Of a stretch of DNA of 64,000 nt, positions 29,597 to 39,276 are shown piece after piece. The stretch lies in the IMG/VR virus record IMGVR_UViG_3300031993_000027, positions 32,001 through 96,000 of that record. One strand, 5' to 3'. This stretch comes from a virus (lineage: Duplodnaviria > Caudoviricetes). The notes under the pieces are model-generated. The model ran no database searches and had not been told where the DNA came from. It saw nothing but the letters and a program-made list of their open reading frames with translations. Position 1 is the first letter of the stretch; every line of letters starts with the position of its first letter. Both the position numbers and the translations under genes were made by a program.

Positions 29597-30457
29597 TCAA
29601 TATTTTATTCTCTCCATCATTTCGTAGACTACTCTTTCGTGCATATTGTTCGCCTCGATATCAGGGCGAGGATATTTCTCCAATAACTCGTCGTGGTCTT
29701 TGGCACAAAGTCCCCTCTTTTCAATCGTAATATCCTTCGTTGTGTTTGCATCAAGATATGGAGATTCAGGGTCAACTTCAAATACTCTTGTCTCATAGTA
29801 AGTATCAAGAGCCACCGTTTCCATTTTGCCATCTGTTATATAATCCCCTATTGTAGATACAACCCAAGCCTTGTCCTCATATTCAAGAAGAGTATTTCTT
29901 CTGAATTGGCACTTTTCATAGCCTATGAAGTGTCCTGCCCACCCTCTTTCTGTTCTTTTCACTTCGTTGGATTTTGCTACTTCCACAAGAAGAATCTCTC
30001 CTTCCCTTTGTGGATGCACCATGTACTTGTGGTTTTTCAAATATACCGTTTCTTTAACATCTGTAAGATGGGCATAAGGAAGAAGCATTTGAGGAGAATA
30101 CTCGATTTCTTTACCATCAGTATTCTTTATATAAACAGAAGTACAAGAATAAGGGTTTATGTTCGATATCTTGCGTTTCTCTGTAAACTTCTTGTCCTCA
30201 CTAAGATAGACATTATTATAGAAATTCCCTGCTTTACACAAGGGATTTATTACTACCTCTTCCCCACAACTAAAAATATATTGGTGAGATTTAACAAGAA
30301 TAAGATTCTCTCTTCTCTCAAACTCTACCAAGCCATTCTTGTTGATAAGTTCTACTGTTACTTCTAATGGCGAAAATGAATTAATAAATTCTCCTTTAAC
30401 TTCATAAAAACCAAGGTCTCTCTTGTGCTGAACGATATCTCCTTTGTTAAATTCCAT
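29597..30457 (-). CDS. Hypothetical multidomain protein (ERGWAGHFI family); start corrected to MEFNKGD
   Basis: AAGGAGG upstream of ATG 30457. Confidence 0.65.
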   Translation of the reverse strand: MEFNKGDIVQHKRDLGFYEVKGEFINSFSPLEVTVELINKNGLVEFERRENLILVKSHQYIFSCGEEVVINPLCKAGNFYNNVYLSEDKKFTEKRKISNINPYSCTSVYIKNTDGKEIEYSPQMLLPYAHLTDVKETVYLKNHKYMVHPQREGEILLVEVAKSNEVKRTERGWAGHFIGYEKCQFRRNTLLEYEDKAWVVSTIGDYITDGKMETVALDTYYETRVFEVDPESPYLDANTTKDITIEKRGLCAKDHDELLEKYPRPDIEANNMHERVVYEMMERIKY

Positions 30458-30633
30458 CTTTATTATAAGCCTCCTTCCAGTTGTCGTCTCCTTCAAACTC
30501 CCAAAAAGTAGGGAAGTCCCCACAGGCGCAAGGGTATGCCATAGGACACCCCCTTGTTTTTGATTCCTTGAAATTCTCACAATCCTTGCAGAACTCTCTT
30601 ACGGTCTCAAACGCCTTTCTTATTTCTTCTTTG
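30447..30633 (-). pseudogene. 5'-truncated Cys-rich small gene remnant
   Basis: Open frame KEEIRKAFETVREFCKDC...GCPMAYPCACGDFPTFW; an in-frame TAG lies just upstream and there is no start for the N-terminal part. Confidence 0.4.
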
Positions 30634-30939
30634 TTATACTAATAGTCCATATTTCTCGACCAACTTCAAAAACTTCGGGTCATAAGCCCCGACCTGAAAT
30701 ACTTCGATGTATTCGTCAAAAGGGTCATCAAGATTGATTCTCTTTGCCACATTACCGCCTATCTTTCCTTTAGGATTGTTAGACAGATAGGTGAACTGCT
30801 TATCCTTAGTGAACTTCAACTGAAGCGGATAAGTATAGTCTCCATCCATAATGTATGAGAACGGTCTGTTATATCCAATCTCGTCAATAACATCTTTGAC
30901 CGTCTTACCTTCGAAACGAATCTTCACACTGTTAATCAT
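30634..30939 (-). CDS. Hypothetical protein
   Basis: ATGA-coupled, GGAGG RBS. Confidence 0.6.
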   Translation of the reverse strand: MINSVKIRFEGKTVKDVIDEIGYNRPFSYIMDGDYTYPLQLKFTKDKQFTYLSNNPKGKIGGNVAKRINLDDPFDEYIEVFQVGAYDPKFLKLVEKYGLLV

Positions 30940-31364
30940 ACCGCCTCCTGAATACTGCGTATGTCTTTACCATAGAAGGAGCAAGGTTCATTGGTATCCC
31001 TGTCTACGATGTTAAGATACCTGCTGTCAGCCGACAGGAAGCCTGTGAGAGTTCTGCCATCTTTGAGAGTGACCGTACACTGCTTGCCAACAAAGTCGTC
31101 CACGCATACCGATACGACCAGTTCCTTCTTCATACGCTCCGTGTTGAGTTCGAGAAGAGCCTCTTCAACGTCTCTGAAGTATTCGAGTTCTTCCGTTACC
31201 TCAACTCCACAGTCGTCCTCTTCCTTCTTCAATCCCTTGTACTTGGAAGTCAGGGTAATCAACTGATAGAGCCTCTTGTTGTCTAGTGCCATAAAATCCC
31301 CCTTAGTATCCGTACTTAGTAAGGTACTCGTCGTCGGAGATAATCTCTTCATTGTCTCCGTCAC
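30936..31364 (-). CDS. Hypothetical protein with Sm/LSm-like C-terminal domain (probable start MALDNK)
   Basis: VGKQCTVTLKDGRTLTGFL motif. Confidence 0.5.
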   Translation of the reverse strand: MTETMKRLSPTTSTLLSTDTKGDFMALDNKRLYQLITLTSKYKGLKKEEDDCGVEVTEELEYFRDVEEALLELNTERMKKELVVSVCVDDFVGKQCTVTLKDGRTLTGFLSADSRYLNIVDRDTNEPCSFYGKDIRSIQEAV

Positions 31365-31689
31365 TTCTTACATCAGTGATAATACCCATCTGCTCCGCTA
31401 CCTTCAAGACCTCCCTTACGGTGTAGTCGTAAGGCTTGCGTGCTGTCTTACAGAAGTTGAAACCCTTCTCGTCTTCGTTGCTGAAGTAACAGGTCTCGTG
31501 GTCGAGGTCTTTGGAAGCATCACCATTGAATGCTACGGTGTCGAGAGTGATGATAGGCTCGCCCTCTCCCCATCCGTTACCGATGAAAATGCCCTTTGCC
31601 TTGCTGTCCTCGATAATCTTCCTTACCGCCTCACAGAAGTCCTCTGTGATTGGCTGACTTGTTCTGTTCCAATAACGTGTGTAACCCAT
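31303..31689 (-). CDS. Conserved phage protein (MGYTRYW...FCKTARKPYD)
   Basis: Recognisable motif. Confidence 0.7.
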   Translation of the reverse strand: MGYTRYWNRTSQPITEDFCEAVRKIIEDSKAKGIFIGNGWGEGEPIITLDTVAFNGDASKDLDHETCYFSNEDEKGFNFCKTARKPYDYTVREVLKVAEQMGIITDVRSDGDNEEIISDDEYLTKYGY

Positions 31690-31700
31690 ATTGTGCCTCC

Positions 31701-32495
31701 TTATTTCATTCTGTTGATAAGAGTACGGAAGTGGAATCTCTGTCCTCTTCTTCCACTGTCGAGGATAACGTGTTCGTTGTATCCACCTGCTCCGATAGTC
31801 TCTACCTTCGCTTTTCCTGTTGTTCCTACGATGTAACCGTTGAGGTCGCCCTTCTCTCCGATACAGAGATTAGAAGCATCGGTTATCTCGGTTACGATAG
31901 CCTGTGTACGCTCGATGATGAAATCGTACTTGCGGTCTGCTTCGGCATTGAGGTCTTTGAGAAGTTTCTCTTCGTTCAGATGGTCAGACTGTGAATAGTC
32001 GAATAACCACTGCCATGCGCCATAGAACTTAGCCCTCTGCTTGTCGTACTCCTTACGGAGTTCTTCTCTCTTAGCAATGCGCTCCTCTTTGTCCTCGATG
32101 TTCCAAAGACCGTCTTCCCTCTCTCTGTGTCCACGACACCAAGCGTACCATTCAGCACGCTCTTCCAAGTACCTAGGATACATTGCCCTGTAAAAATCAA
32201 GGGTCTTCTGCTTCCAGTCTGCAAGAAAGTCCAAGATGACCTGAATGTTACGAGACTTAGCCTTGTGGTCGAAGACCTCCAAATCCTTCTTGTATCCTTC
32301 GAGACCTGTCTTGGCGTTCTCTAGGTCTCTCAACGCCCACTTCAGGTCGGATTCGTGATAGTAATAAGGATTCTTCTCCCAATTACTAGCCTTTGCCTCT
32401 TCGATTCGGGAAATCTTCTTCTCTAACTTCTCGATTTCCTTCTCTTTACCTTCGATTCTCTTTAAGATAAATTCCCTAGTAGCCATGATTAGCAC
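31701..32495 (-). CDS. Conserved early phage protein (ETIGAGGYN..Q.FHFR family)
   Basis: Motif; first gene after a class A promoter. Confidence 0.7.
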   Translation of the reverse strand: MLIMATREFILKRIEGKEKEIEKLEKKISRIEEAKASNWEKNPYYYHESDLKWALRDLENAKTGLEGYKKDLEVFDHKAKSRNIQVILDFLADWKQKTLDFYRAMYPRYLEERAEWYAWCRGHREREDGLWNIEDKEERIAKREELRKEYDKQRAKFYGAWQWLFDYSQSDHLNEEKLLKDLNAEADRKYDFIIERTQAIVTEITDASNLCIGEKGDLNGYIVGTTGKAKVETIGAGGYNEHVILDSGRRGQRFHFRTLINRMK

Positions 32496-32520
32496 CTCCT
32501 GTATATCTTAGTGTACCCTA

Positions 32521-32549
32521 AGTATAAACGATAGGGTATCCTAAGTCAA
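32521..32549 (-). promoter_or_regulatory. Class A sigmaA-type promoter TTGACT-17-TATACT with TAGGGTA/TACCCTA boxes
   Basis: Near-consensus elements; motif shared by 6 sites. Confidence 0.75.
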
Positions 32550-32566
32550 GGGGTTATTTAAAATTT

Positions 32567-32845
32567 CTATACGGCTTTATCGGAATCAGGGCTTTTGACA
32601 TAGAAAGAATCTGACTTGGTGTATTGCTCTTTGTATTTTTCTATTGCTTTGTCGTAGACACGCTTTCTCTCTTTATTAAGCGCATCAAAGAACTCTTCTA
32701 TGCTTGTATAAGAAGTTCCTACAACCTTGCCTGAACTCATATGGAAGTCAAGGTGTCCGTTGGTGCACCTGATATAATCTATTCTTTCAAGGTGGATAGC
32801 AGTGTTGTCATCCACCATGAAAAAACCATCATTAATCATTTCCAT
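32567..32845 (-). CDS. Hypothetical protein
   Basis: Coupled ORF. Confidence 0.55.
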   Translation of the reverse strand: MEMINDGFFMVDDNTAIHLERIDYIRCTNGHLDFHMSSGKVVGTSYTSIEEFFDALNKERKRVYDKAIEKYKEQYTKSDSFYVKSPDSDKAV

Positions 32846-33051
32846 TACTTGTTCTCTCCTTCGTCTTCTGTCCCAACAAGGTTCTTAACAAAGTCATTAA
32901 AGTCTACACCCTTGATTTCTATCACTCTTCCTGACAGGAATGTGATTCTTACGCACTCATTCCTAGTAAGACTTGTCTCCATCGGCTGAATTGATTCAAC
33001 CGTATCCAAGTCGATGATAGCCTTGCCCTTTACACTGATAAGATTTGACAT
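32845..33051 (-). CDS. Hypothetical protein
   Basis: RBS. Confidence 0.55.
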   Translation of the reverse strand: MSNLISVKGKAIIDLDTVESIQPMETSLTRNECVRITFLSGRVIEIKGVDFNDFVKNLVGTEDEGENK

Positions 33052-33213
33052 TATTCTTTTTCCTCTCTTTCTTCAAATCTGATGTAATCGTTGTTTCTAC
33101 ATTTTAACCACTCGGTATTGTCCAGTTGACACAGAGGAACATCAAAGTCCATACGTCCCACTTGGACAATCTCGGAGTATTTACATTGCTTACAATCTCT
33201 CATTTCCTGCTCC

Positions 33214-33633
33214 TTATATCTTTATTACACGGTTAAGCATCTTAGGATACTTGTACCTTACTATTGCGGTCTTACCTGATTCACGCTCCTGTTCTATCGT
33301 AACCTCGTCAGGCTTAACTTCTATTACCGTTCCGTAACACACCTGATATTTCCTTCTCTTTTTACTCATACACTCTACCTTGTCTCCTACCTTGAATACA
33401 GGAAGGAAACTAGGGTTGATACGGAGGGTAGGCTTTTTATCTGATAAATCCTCAACGTTGACTTCCTTTTCTTTGTAGGCATAACAATGAGAACTCCCTA
33501 TACACGTCATACATAAGTGTTTACAATAACCGCTTTCTCCGTGATAGATACATCTTCTCTTGTGTCTCCTGTCGTCAGTAGCACGAAGAAATTCTTTATG
33601 CCAAGGAACGCCTGTCATTTCGCTTGCACCCAT
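33214..33633 (-). CDS. Cys-rich/KOW-like hypothetical protein
   Basis: RRHKRRC..C..CIGSSHC; FKVGDKV. Confidence 0.55.
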   Translation of the reverse strand: MGASEMTGVPWHKEFLRATDDRRHKRRCIYHGESGYCKHLCMTCIGSSHCYAYKEKEVNVEDLSDKKPTLRINPSFLPVFKVGDKVECMSKKRRKYQVCYGTVIEVKPDEVTIEQERESGKTAIVRYKYPKMLNRVIKI

Positions 33634-33645
33634 CAGATATCTCCT

Positions 33646-33969
33646 TTATACAATAGAGTTCCAAATCCTAACTGCATCCGCTATACTCTCGATTAAAGTA
33701 CCCCCTGTCATGCTGAAGAAGGGTTCTCTAGCGGTGCACTTCTTGTTAGTGCCCTCGTGCCAAAAATTGTATTCCTTCCCTAAAGAGTTATAGGTGATAC
33801 TCATTTTGCTTCCACAGAAGGGACATGGTTTAAGAAACGGTACTTCTCTCTTATTCTGTTTTGTCATTCCTTTTCTCCATTTCCAATCTTTCTCTGTTCT
33901 GCCAGTATGTGAAGACTGTCTTTCCTTCAACACAGTGTTCTGTCGGAAGACATATCTGCCAACGTTCAA
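33646..33969 (-). CDS. Lar-like (restriction alleviation) zinc-ribbon protein (probable start MTKQNK)
   Basis: LKPCPFCG...A..IWN motif. Confidence 0.65.
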   Translation of the reverse strand: MNVGRYVFRQNTVLKERQSSHTGRTEKDWKWRKGMTKQNKREVPFLKPCPFCGSKMSITYNSLGKEYNFWHEGTNKKCTAREPFFSMTGGTLIESIADAVRIWNSIV

Positions 33970-34273
33970 CAGGGAAACGACAATTTTCTGTACTGCCTGA
34001 ATAATCTAAGTGACTATATAGGTCAATCCCAAGATATCCCATAAGATTTCCTGTTATATCATACACAGGCTGTCCTATTGAAAAGGTGTCCTCTGCTCCT
34101 AGTTGCTGATATCCGATATAGAAGTGATGTTCTTCTTGATAAACTCTCCCTGCATTAAACACAGTGTTGTGTTCTGCTTCGAAGTCATCTATGAATTTCT
34201 TTATTTCCATTTTCATCAAAACCTCCTTGACGTTTATCCTTGTCAGAATCTTCACATAACTTAACAACAGCAT
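33851..34273 (-). CDS. Hypothetical protein (probable start MKMEIK)
   Basis: GGAGG RBS. Confidence 0.55.
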   Translation of the reverse strand: MLLLSYVKILTRINVKEVLMKMEIKKFIDDFEAEHNTVFNAGRVYQEEHHFYIGYQQLGAEDTFSIGQPVYDITGNLMGYLGIDLYSHLDYSGSTENCRFPVERWQICLPTEHCVEGKTVFTYWQNRERLEMEKRNDKTE

Positions 34274-34520
34274 TGCTCAAATTCCTCTGCATTACATAGC
34301 GGTATTGAGCAAAGTCTATCTCGGAAGCCATCGGTTCTATCCTGACCAAATCCTTTACCATTGCTTCATGGATAGCCTCTTCTAAGTTTTTTGCTTCAGT
34401 TAACCAGTTAACGAGATTGCGTTCATTCTGCATCATTATCTCTTCGCCTGTCTCCTTGTAGAACTCGGCATTGCCTTTGTGAAGAGCGATAGCCTCGTCT
34501 ATGTTTAATACTTTTGCCAT
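34185..34520 (-). CDS. Hypothetical protein
   Basis: RBS. Confidence 0.6.
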   Translation of the reverse strand: MAKVLNIDEAIALHKGNAEFYKETGEEIMMQNERNLVNWLTEAKNLEEAIHEAMVKDLVRIEPMASEIDFAQYRYVMQRNLSNAVVKLCEDSDKDKRQGGFDENGNKEIHR

Positions 34521-34529
34521 AATGTCTCC

Positions 34530-34847
34530 TTATATATGAGTTTTGTAAAACTTGCATCCAAAAGGACTTGGTAGTGGAACAGTGTCTAATGTGCATCCAT
34601 TATACCCATCATTATGAACACATTCCCACGCAGAACAGAAGGTTTCAGGTATGTCGTCTCTTAGTTCTGTTCCGTCTTCCTCGTCTTCAGGATTCGGGTC
34701 TTCATCCGTCCAAGATTGCCAAGACATATCGTGATAGTCTAAACAAGCAGGTGGCATTCCCACTCCACCGTAATCTATCTCTATCTCTTCGAGAGTACAA
34801 TAACCGTCTTTGACAAACTTACAATCAGCATTGCATTTAATCTTCAT
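34530..34847 (-). CDS. Cys-rich protein (two DUF1540-like C-x3-C units)
   Basis: IKCNADCKF...CTL; FCSAWECVHN...CTL. Confidence 0.5.
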   Translation of the reverse strand: MKIKCNADCKFVKDGYCTLEEIEIDYGGVGMPPACLDYHDMSWQSWTDEDPNPEDEEDGTELRDDIPETFCSAWECVHNDGYNGCTLDTVPLPSPFGCKFYKTHI

Positions 34848-35443
34848 CCTTTAAACCTCCAACGGTCTTCGTGTTCTCTTCTTACAAACTCATAGATGTA
34901 AGAATCCCTGAATTTACCCTGCCTGTCTCTGAATGTATCCTTCAGGACAAACTTGTTCACGTCCCACATAAAACTCTCTGCGTACTTAGTACGGATTTTG
35001 TCATAAGCCTTGACAGCAGGATTGCCCTCTATTGCTCTGAACTCAACTCTATGTGGATTGTAGGATTCTATCATTGTTATCATTTCCTTAACCGCATTGG
35101 TAATCACCCAACTAGGTTTATCTTTGAACGATATAAGACCTACTCCCCATACTCCGCTTGCATAGAAGTCAACATAGAATCCGAGATAACCTATGAGTTC
35201 TGTGGTCTTCTTTATCTCTTTATCTTCCTTCTTTTCTTCTTCAATGTCTTCGTTTTTGTCTTCATCTTCTATGATTTTCTCTTCAACGATAGCAAATTGA
35301 AATCGTCCCTCACTCGCTTCGTCGCTGATATTAAGTCTGCCAAACTCAATACATCCGTTGAAGTACATTGCCTTTTCAGAGTATCTCAAAAGGTCGAACT
35401 GCTTTATCAGTTCATCTTTGTATACGATTGCAGGTACTAACAT
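34844..35443 (-). CDS. GNAT/RimJ-like acetyltransferase-fold protein
   Basis: LIGYLGF...HRVEF...NPA...RDRQGKFRDSYIYE. Confidence 0.55.
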   Translation of the reverse strand: MLVPAIVYKDELIKQFDLLRYSEKAMYFNGCIEFGRLNISDEASEGRFQFAIVEEKIIEDEDKNEDIEEEKKEDKEIKKTTELIGYLGFYVDFYASGVWGVGLISFKDKPSWVITNAVKEMITMIESYNPHRVEFRAIEGNPAVKAYDKIRTKYAESFMWDVNKFVLKDTFRDRQGKFRDSYIYEFVRREHEDRWRFKG

Positions 35444-36147
35444 TATTCCTTAAACCTCTCTGACTTCAATTTGCTTGAATCTATAATAAACTCACGGTAA
35501 TCCTCATAGTCTTTGAATGTACGGAACTCTCCCCTGATTACATCAAGACAGTTCATGTTCCTAGCAAACTCATAAGAGTTAGTAGATACGACAATGTAGA
35601 GTTCAAGACCCATCTGCTTTGCGTCTTCAATCATCATATTAAACACGCCTTTAACTTCATCCATGTTATCAATGCTAAATCCCGAATCAACAGCATCTAA
35701 CAAGATAAATCTTTTCTTAGGAAGAGGCTTCTTTTCTTCTTCGTTTCCGAATGCTGAACAAAAAACATCAGAGAATCTATCTCTGCTGTATTCCCCTGCT
35801 TTTAGGAACGTGTATATCTTCCTGCACAACTCACCGATTTTAAAACCTATCTGTTCCCCTTCTGAAGAAAGAAACATAGTAGCCATCTTAGACATTTGGT
35901 TCGAATACATAAATTCCTCATAATATTTATGTTCGTTCTCTTCTTTATTATCGAACAAAATAGTAGGAATGTCCTTTTTCCTTGTTTGTTCTTTGATGGT
36001 TTGTAGCATTGTCGTTTTCCCTGCTCCGTTACATCCTACAAGGATTGTTACTCCTTCAGGAAGAGAAACGGTATCTGCTAATGTAACACGGAAACCTTCT
36101 CCGTAAGGGTCATCATTAATCTTTATCTTGAACATAAATTCCTCCAA
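35443..36147 (-). CDS. ABC/AAA-type ATPase
   Basis: Walker A GCNGAGKT, SEGE signature, Walker B ILLDAVDSG. Confidence 0.8.
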   Translation of the reverse strand: MEEFMFKIKINDDPYGEGFRVTLADTVSLPEGVTILVGCNGAGKTTMLQTIKEQTRKKDIPTILFDNKEENEHKYYEEFMYSNQMSKMATMFLSSEGEQIGFKIGELCRKIYTFLKAGEYSRDRFSDVFCSAFGNEEEKKPLPKKRFILLDAVDSGFSIDNMDEVKGVFNMMIEDAKQMGLELYIVVSTNSYEFARNMNCLDVIRGEFRTFKDYEDYREFIIDSSKLKSERFKE

Positions 36148-36166
36148 TAAAAAACTTCCTAATTCT

Positions 36167-36191
36167 CTTAACGAAAAAGGAAGTTTAAATC
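36167..36191 (-). promoter_or_regulatory. Class B promoter-like motif GATTTAA-N10-TCGTTAAG, overlapping a terminator-like hairpin
   Basis: Same spacing as the other copies. Confidence 0.6.
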
Positions 36192-36192
36192 T

Positions 36193-36489
36193 TCACTCTT
36201 GTATCGAAATCGCCTTTTTTATTTCTAAGGCAAGGCGTTTAGCCTGTTCCATCTGTTTGTCGGATAAAGGGATACCTCTCTGTACCCTTTGAGCGAACGA
36301 GTAAATGTAATCATATCCTTTGAACGTGTTGGAAGGAGGAGTACGGTTGCTAGGAACGTCGATACGTTCCAAGTCGGCAATCAGGTCGTCCTCGTTGTCA
36401 TAGATATCAGTCCAAGGAACTCTCCTGAAATGAGCCTTGTACTCATAATCTAGTTCCGTACATATCTTCTGTGGATTTCTTTTGTACAT
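36193..36489 (-). CDS. Hypothetical protein
   Basis: RBS. Confidence 0.6.
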   Translation of the reverse strand: MYKRNPQKICTELDYEYKAHFRRVPWTDIYDNEDDLIADLERIDVPSNRTPPSNTFKGYDYIYSFAQRVQRGIPLSDKQMEQAKRLALEIKKAISIQE

Positions 36490-36490
36490 A

Positions 36491-36775
36491 TCATTTCCTC
36501 CAATCTATCTCTGTCCATCCGTCATCATCGGCATCCATGAAGTCTTCAAAGTATATCGCATGGTTTCTGAACATGATATGCAGTCCATCAACACGATTGT
36601 ACATCACCTTGCGCCTACATGACCTTACAGGCTGACCCTCGAACTGATATTCAAGAGTAATTACCTGACCTTCACTGAAGTATCCGTCACATCTGATACG
36701 AAGTTTCGTCCAGTTGTTGTCATCAAGTTCAGGTGACATATAGGAATATTGAGCGTCGTCTTTGATGTGGAACAT
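36491..36775 (-). CDS. Hypothetical protein
   Basis: RBS. Confidence 0.6.
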   Translation of the reverse strand: MFHIKDDAQYSYMSPELDDNNWTKLRIRCDGYFSEGQVITLEYQFEGQPVRSCRRKVMYNRVDGLHIMFRNHAIYFEDFMDADDDGWTEIDWRK

Positions 36776-36776
36776 C

Positions 36777-37025
36777 TTAAATCTCCTTAAACTTATCCCT
36801 GAAGTCGAACTTCTCGAATCCGTGTCTCTTGTTCTTACTGTCCCTTACAAAAATGCAAGGAAGACCGTCGATGGAGACTTCCTTCTCAAATGTGAACTGT
36901 TCTCCGTTCGGGTCGTTCCTGCGTACATAGACCTTCTTTTCATTCTCTGTTACTCTCAACATAAGTGTCTCCTTTACTGATAGGAATAGTACCATAGGTC
37001 GTTGATGATATCCTGTATCTTCCAA
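36777..37025 (-). CDS. Hypothetical protein (probable start MLRVTE near 36962)
   Basis: AAGGAG RBS before MLRVTE. Confidence 0.55.
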   Translation of the reverse strand: MEDTGYHQRPMVLFLSVKETLMLRVTENEKKVYVRRNDPNGEQFTFEKEVSIDGLPCIFVRDSKNKRHGFEKFDFRDKFKEI

Positions 37026-37133
37026 CCTAGTTTCTTGCTAATGTTCTTCCTTATAAACTTAGCACACTTTGAAAGAGTATGAAAGAACTTGTCTTTACGA
37101 TTTCTCTCTTTGATTGTCATAGCCGTATCCTCC

Positions 37134-37568
37134 TTATAAAACCTCGTACTCGATACCTTCTTCGTCAAAGGTAGAAGTATAGATATGAAGTTCGTCAGTA
37201 GGAACTTGGATAGTTCCCCACTTACCCTTCATTGCTCCTTGTGACTTGCTGTGTACTCTAAGAGTAGTCTTAGGCTTTGCAACCCATCTAAGGTGGCTCT
37301 CTACGGCTCTGTTGAACTGTTCGATAAAGAAGTTAACGAATGTGAGTACGTGTACTCTGCTGTCTCTTGTACACTCGTCAAGGTCTGATACATCAGATTC
37401 AAGGTGAGCAATCTGCTCGGAGAATTTGCACTGAACCCTGTCCCAACAATCGTAAGGATGGTCGCCCAACTCATACTTCTCGCAAGCATCCTTGACTTCC
37501 TGCATCTTCAGCATAGCCTGTTCCTGTGTAGTTGTTCGTTTGTCTAAAAGAGTAATAGGCGTAAACAT
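37134..37568 (-). CDS. Hypothetical early protein
   Basis: GGAGG RBS; first gene after a class A promoter. Confidence 0.65.
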   Translation of the reverse strand: MFTPITLLDKRTTTQEQAMLKMQEVKDACEKYELGDHPYDCWDRVQCKFSEQIAHLESDVSDLDECTRDSRVHVLTFVNFFIEQFNRAVESHLRWVAKPKTTLRVHSKSQGAMKGKWGTIQVPTDELHIYTSTFDEEGIEYEVL

Positions 37569-37603
37569 ACTTAGTACCTCCGTGTATTTGTAGTAGTGTC
37601 CTA

Positions 37604-37632
37604 AGTATAAACTATATGCTACCCTACGTCAA
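37604..37632 (-). promoter_or_regulatory. Class A promoter TTGACG-17-TATACT with TAGGGTAG box
   Basis: Consensus elements and shared box. Confidence 0.75.
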
Positions 37633-38359
37633 TACCCTGTTTGCAGATTATCAAAATCAAATCCCATTTGTCCGTCAAGTTCGTATTCCTTCTTAGCAGG
37701 AAGTTCCCCTGTCGTCATATGGATTCTCTTATTGGCTATATCGAACCATTCCTTGTTAAGTTCACAACCTAGCCATTGTCTATGGAGTTGCTTCGCAACA
37801 AGTAAGTGACTTCCTGAACCACAACAAGGGTCAAATACCACATCATTCTCGTTGCTGTTGTCGAGAATAAGTTCCTGAAGAAGTCCGTGTGGTTTTTCCG
37901 TTGGATGAATCTTACTTGCCCCAACAGGATAATTGAACACTGTTCCTTTACAGAATGCGTTAAACACTCCCCCACGCTTTTTAAACCACACAGCATTCTC
38001 TATGCTTGACAAATAGATGGTCTGACCATTCATAGGGGAAGGATTGGTTTTGTTGTAAATCAGTTGTCTAACTGTTCCTTTTCCTTGCTTTTGTTTGTTA
38101 TCAAAGTATTCGTGTATTTCTGAAAACTGATTCTTCCCACAGAATATAATTATCGTACTCGAAGTTATCCTGTAAAGTTCATCTAAAAAAGAGATAAGGT
38201 CGAAGGTCATAATATCTGCCTTACCCTTATCTAGTTCTCTTAGTCCGTTGCTAGACCTGTTTACTTCTCCATAGGGAATATCTGTGAGAGTAAGTGTTAC
38301 CCCCCCTCAACTATATTTGACATATATTCCATACAGTCAACATTCACTAGTTCATTCAT
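37629..38359 (-). CDS. Beta-class N4/N6 DNA methyltransferase split by a G7 tract at 38300-38306
   Basis: ATG 38359 with RBS gives MNELVNVDCMEYM..EGG*. The -1 frame continues VTLTLTDIPY...HPTEKP...VFDPCCGSGS. Confidence 0.85.
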
Positions 38360-38362
38360 TTT

Positions 38363-38890
38363 TTATTTCTCCAAATCTTCAAAAGTGACCTGACCTTCTA
38401 TCGGACACTCTGCATTACTATCAGGTTTGAAGTCCTCGTACTCTTCCAAGTCTTCGAGCAGGACATATCTCTTACAGTTGTTTTTGAAGAAGACAACAGC
38501 GACTTTCGGTTTGTCAGTTATCTCTTTAAAGACTGTTTTACTCTCTACGCCTCTGAAATCCCACGCTGTATCCGTTCCTATTAAACCTTTGATATTGATA
38601 CGAGTATAGCCAACAAGAAAACCGTTAAAGGATTTCTCGACCCTCTCACGGTATTCCTTCTCTACGGATTCACCACACCAATCTGACAGGTCGGCAAGTT
38701 TTTCTTTCCCTTTGAACGCTTCGGCTGTATCCCACTCTCTACGACTTTGAGCAAATCCACCATCTTTGTTGTATATCTGAATATAAACACCATCACTGAT
38801 TTTTTTCATATAAGCCTTACAGTGAACCTTGGTAAAGATTTTCATATCGGTCTCCTTTACTGTCCATATGGTTTCGGGAACGGTTTCCAA
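38363..38890 (-). CDS. Hypothetical protein (probable start MKIFTK)
   Basis: RBS; C-terminal IEGQVTF. Confidence 0.6.
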   Translation of the reverse strand: METVPETIWTVKETDMKIFTKVHCKAYMKKISDGVYIQIYNKDGGFAQSRREWDTAEAFKGKEKLADLSDWCGESVEKEYRERVEKSFNGFLVGYTRINIKGLIGTDTAWDFRGVESKTVFKEITDKPKVAVVFFKNNCKRYVLLEDLEEYEDFKPDSNAECPIEGQVTFEDLEK

Positions 38891-39276
38891 GCGATAATCT
38901 CTATCGCTGAATCAATCAAGTCCCAATCCTGTGCTCTTCCGTATTCCTTCAGGAAGTCAACTATCGTAGCGTGCCACCAATACCAATCCCCTTTACATAG
39001 AACGGCAATAGCGACCTTCGGTACATCCTTTATTTTATCATAATAAGGCGGTGGATTGTGGTTAACGTAGGTTACTATGACAGGCTCGCAATCTTCAGGA
39101 AGAACCTGCGAAGCAACCGTCCAATCCACTTCAGGCTTGGGTGTTCCCTTAGAGACACCTTCCTTATATCCTTCCTGATAAGCCTGAAGAATAAGTCCCT
39201 GTATCTCCATCTTCTTTTCTTCAACTTGCTTGTAGATATTGTCATGTTTTTTCATTTTTATCTTCTCCATCGTCAT
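38857..39276 (-). CDS. DUF551-like protein
   Basis: WTVASQVLPE...IIAWKPFPKPY. Confidence 0.65.
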   Translation of the reverse strand: MTMEKIKMKKHDNIYKQVEEKKMEIQGLILQAYQEGYKEGVSKGTPKPEVDWTVASQVLPEDCEPVIVTYVNHNPPPYYDKIKDVPKVAIAVLCKGDWYWWHATIVDFLKEYGRAQDWDLIDSAIEIIAWKPFPKPYGQ

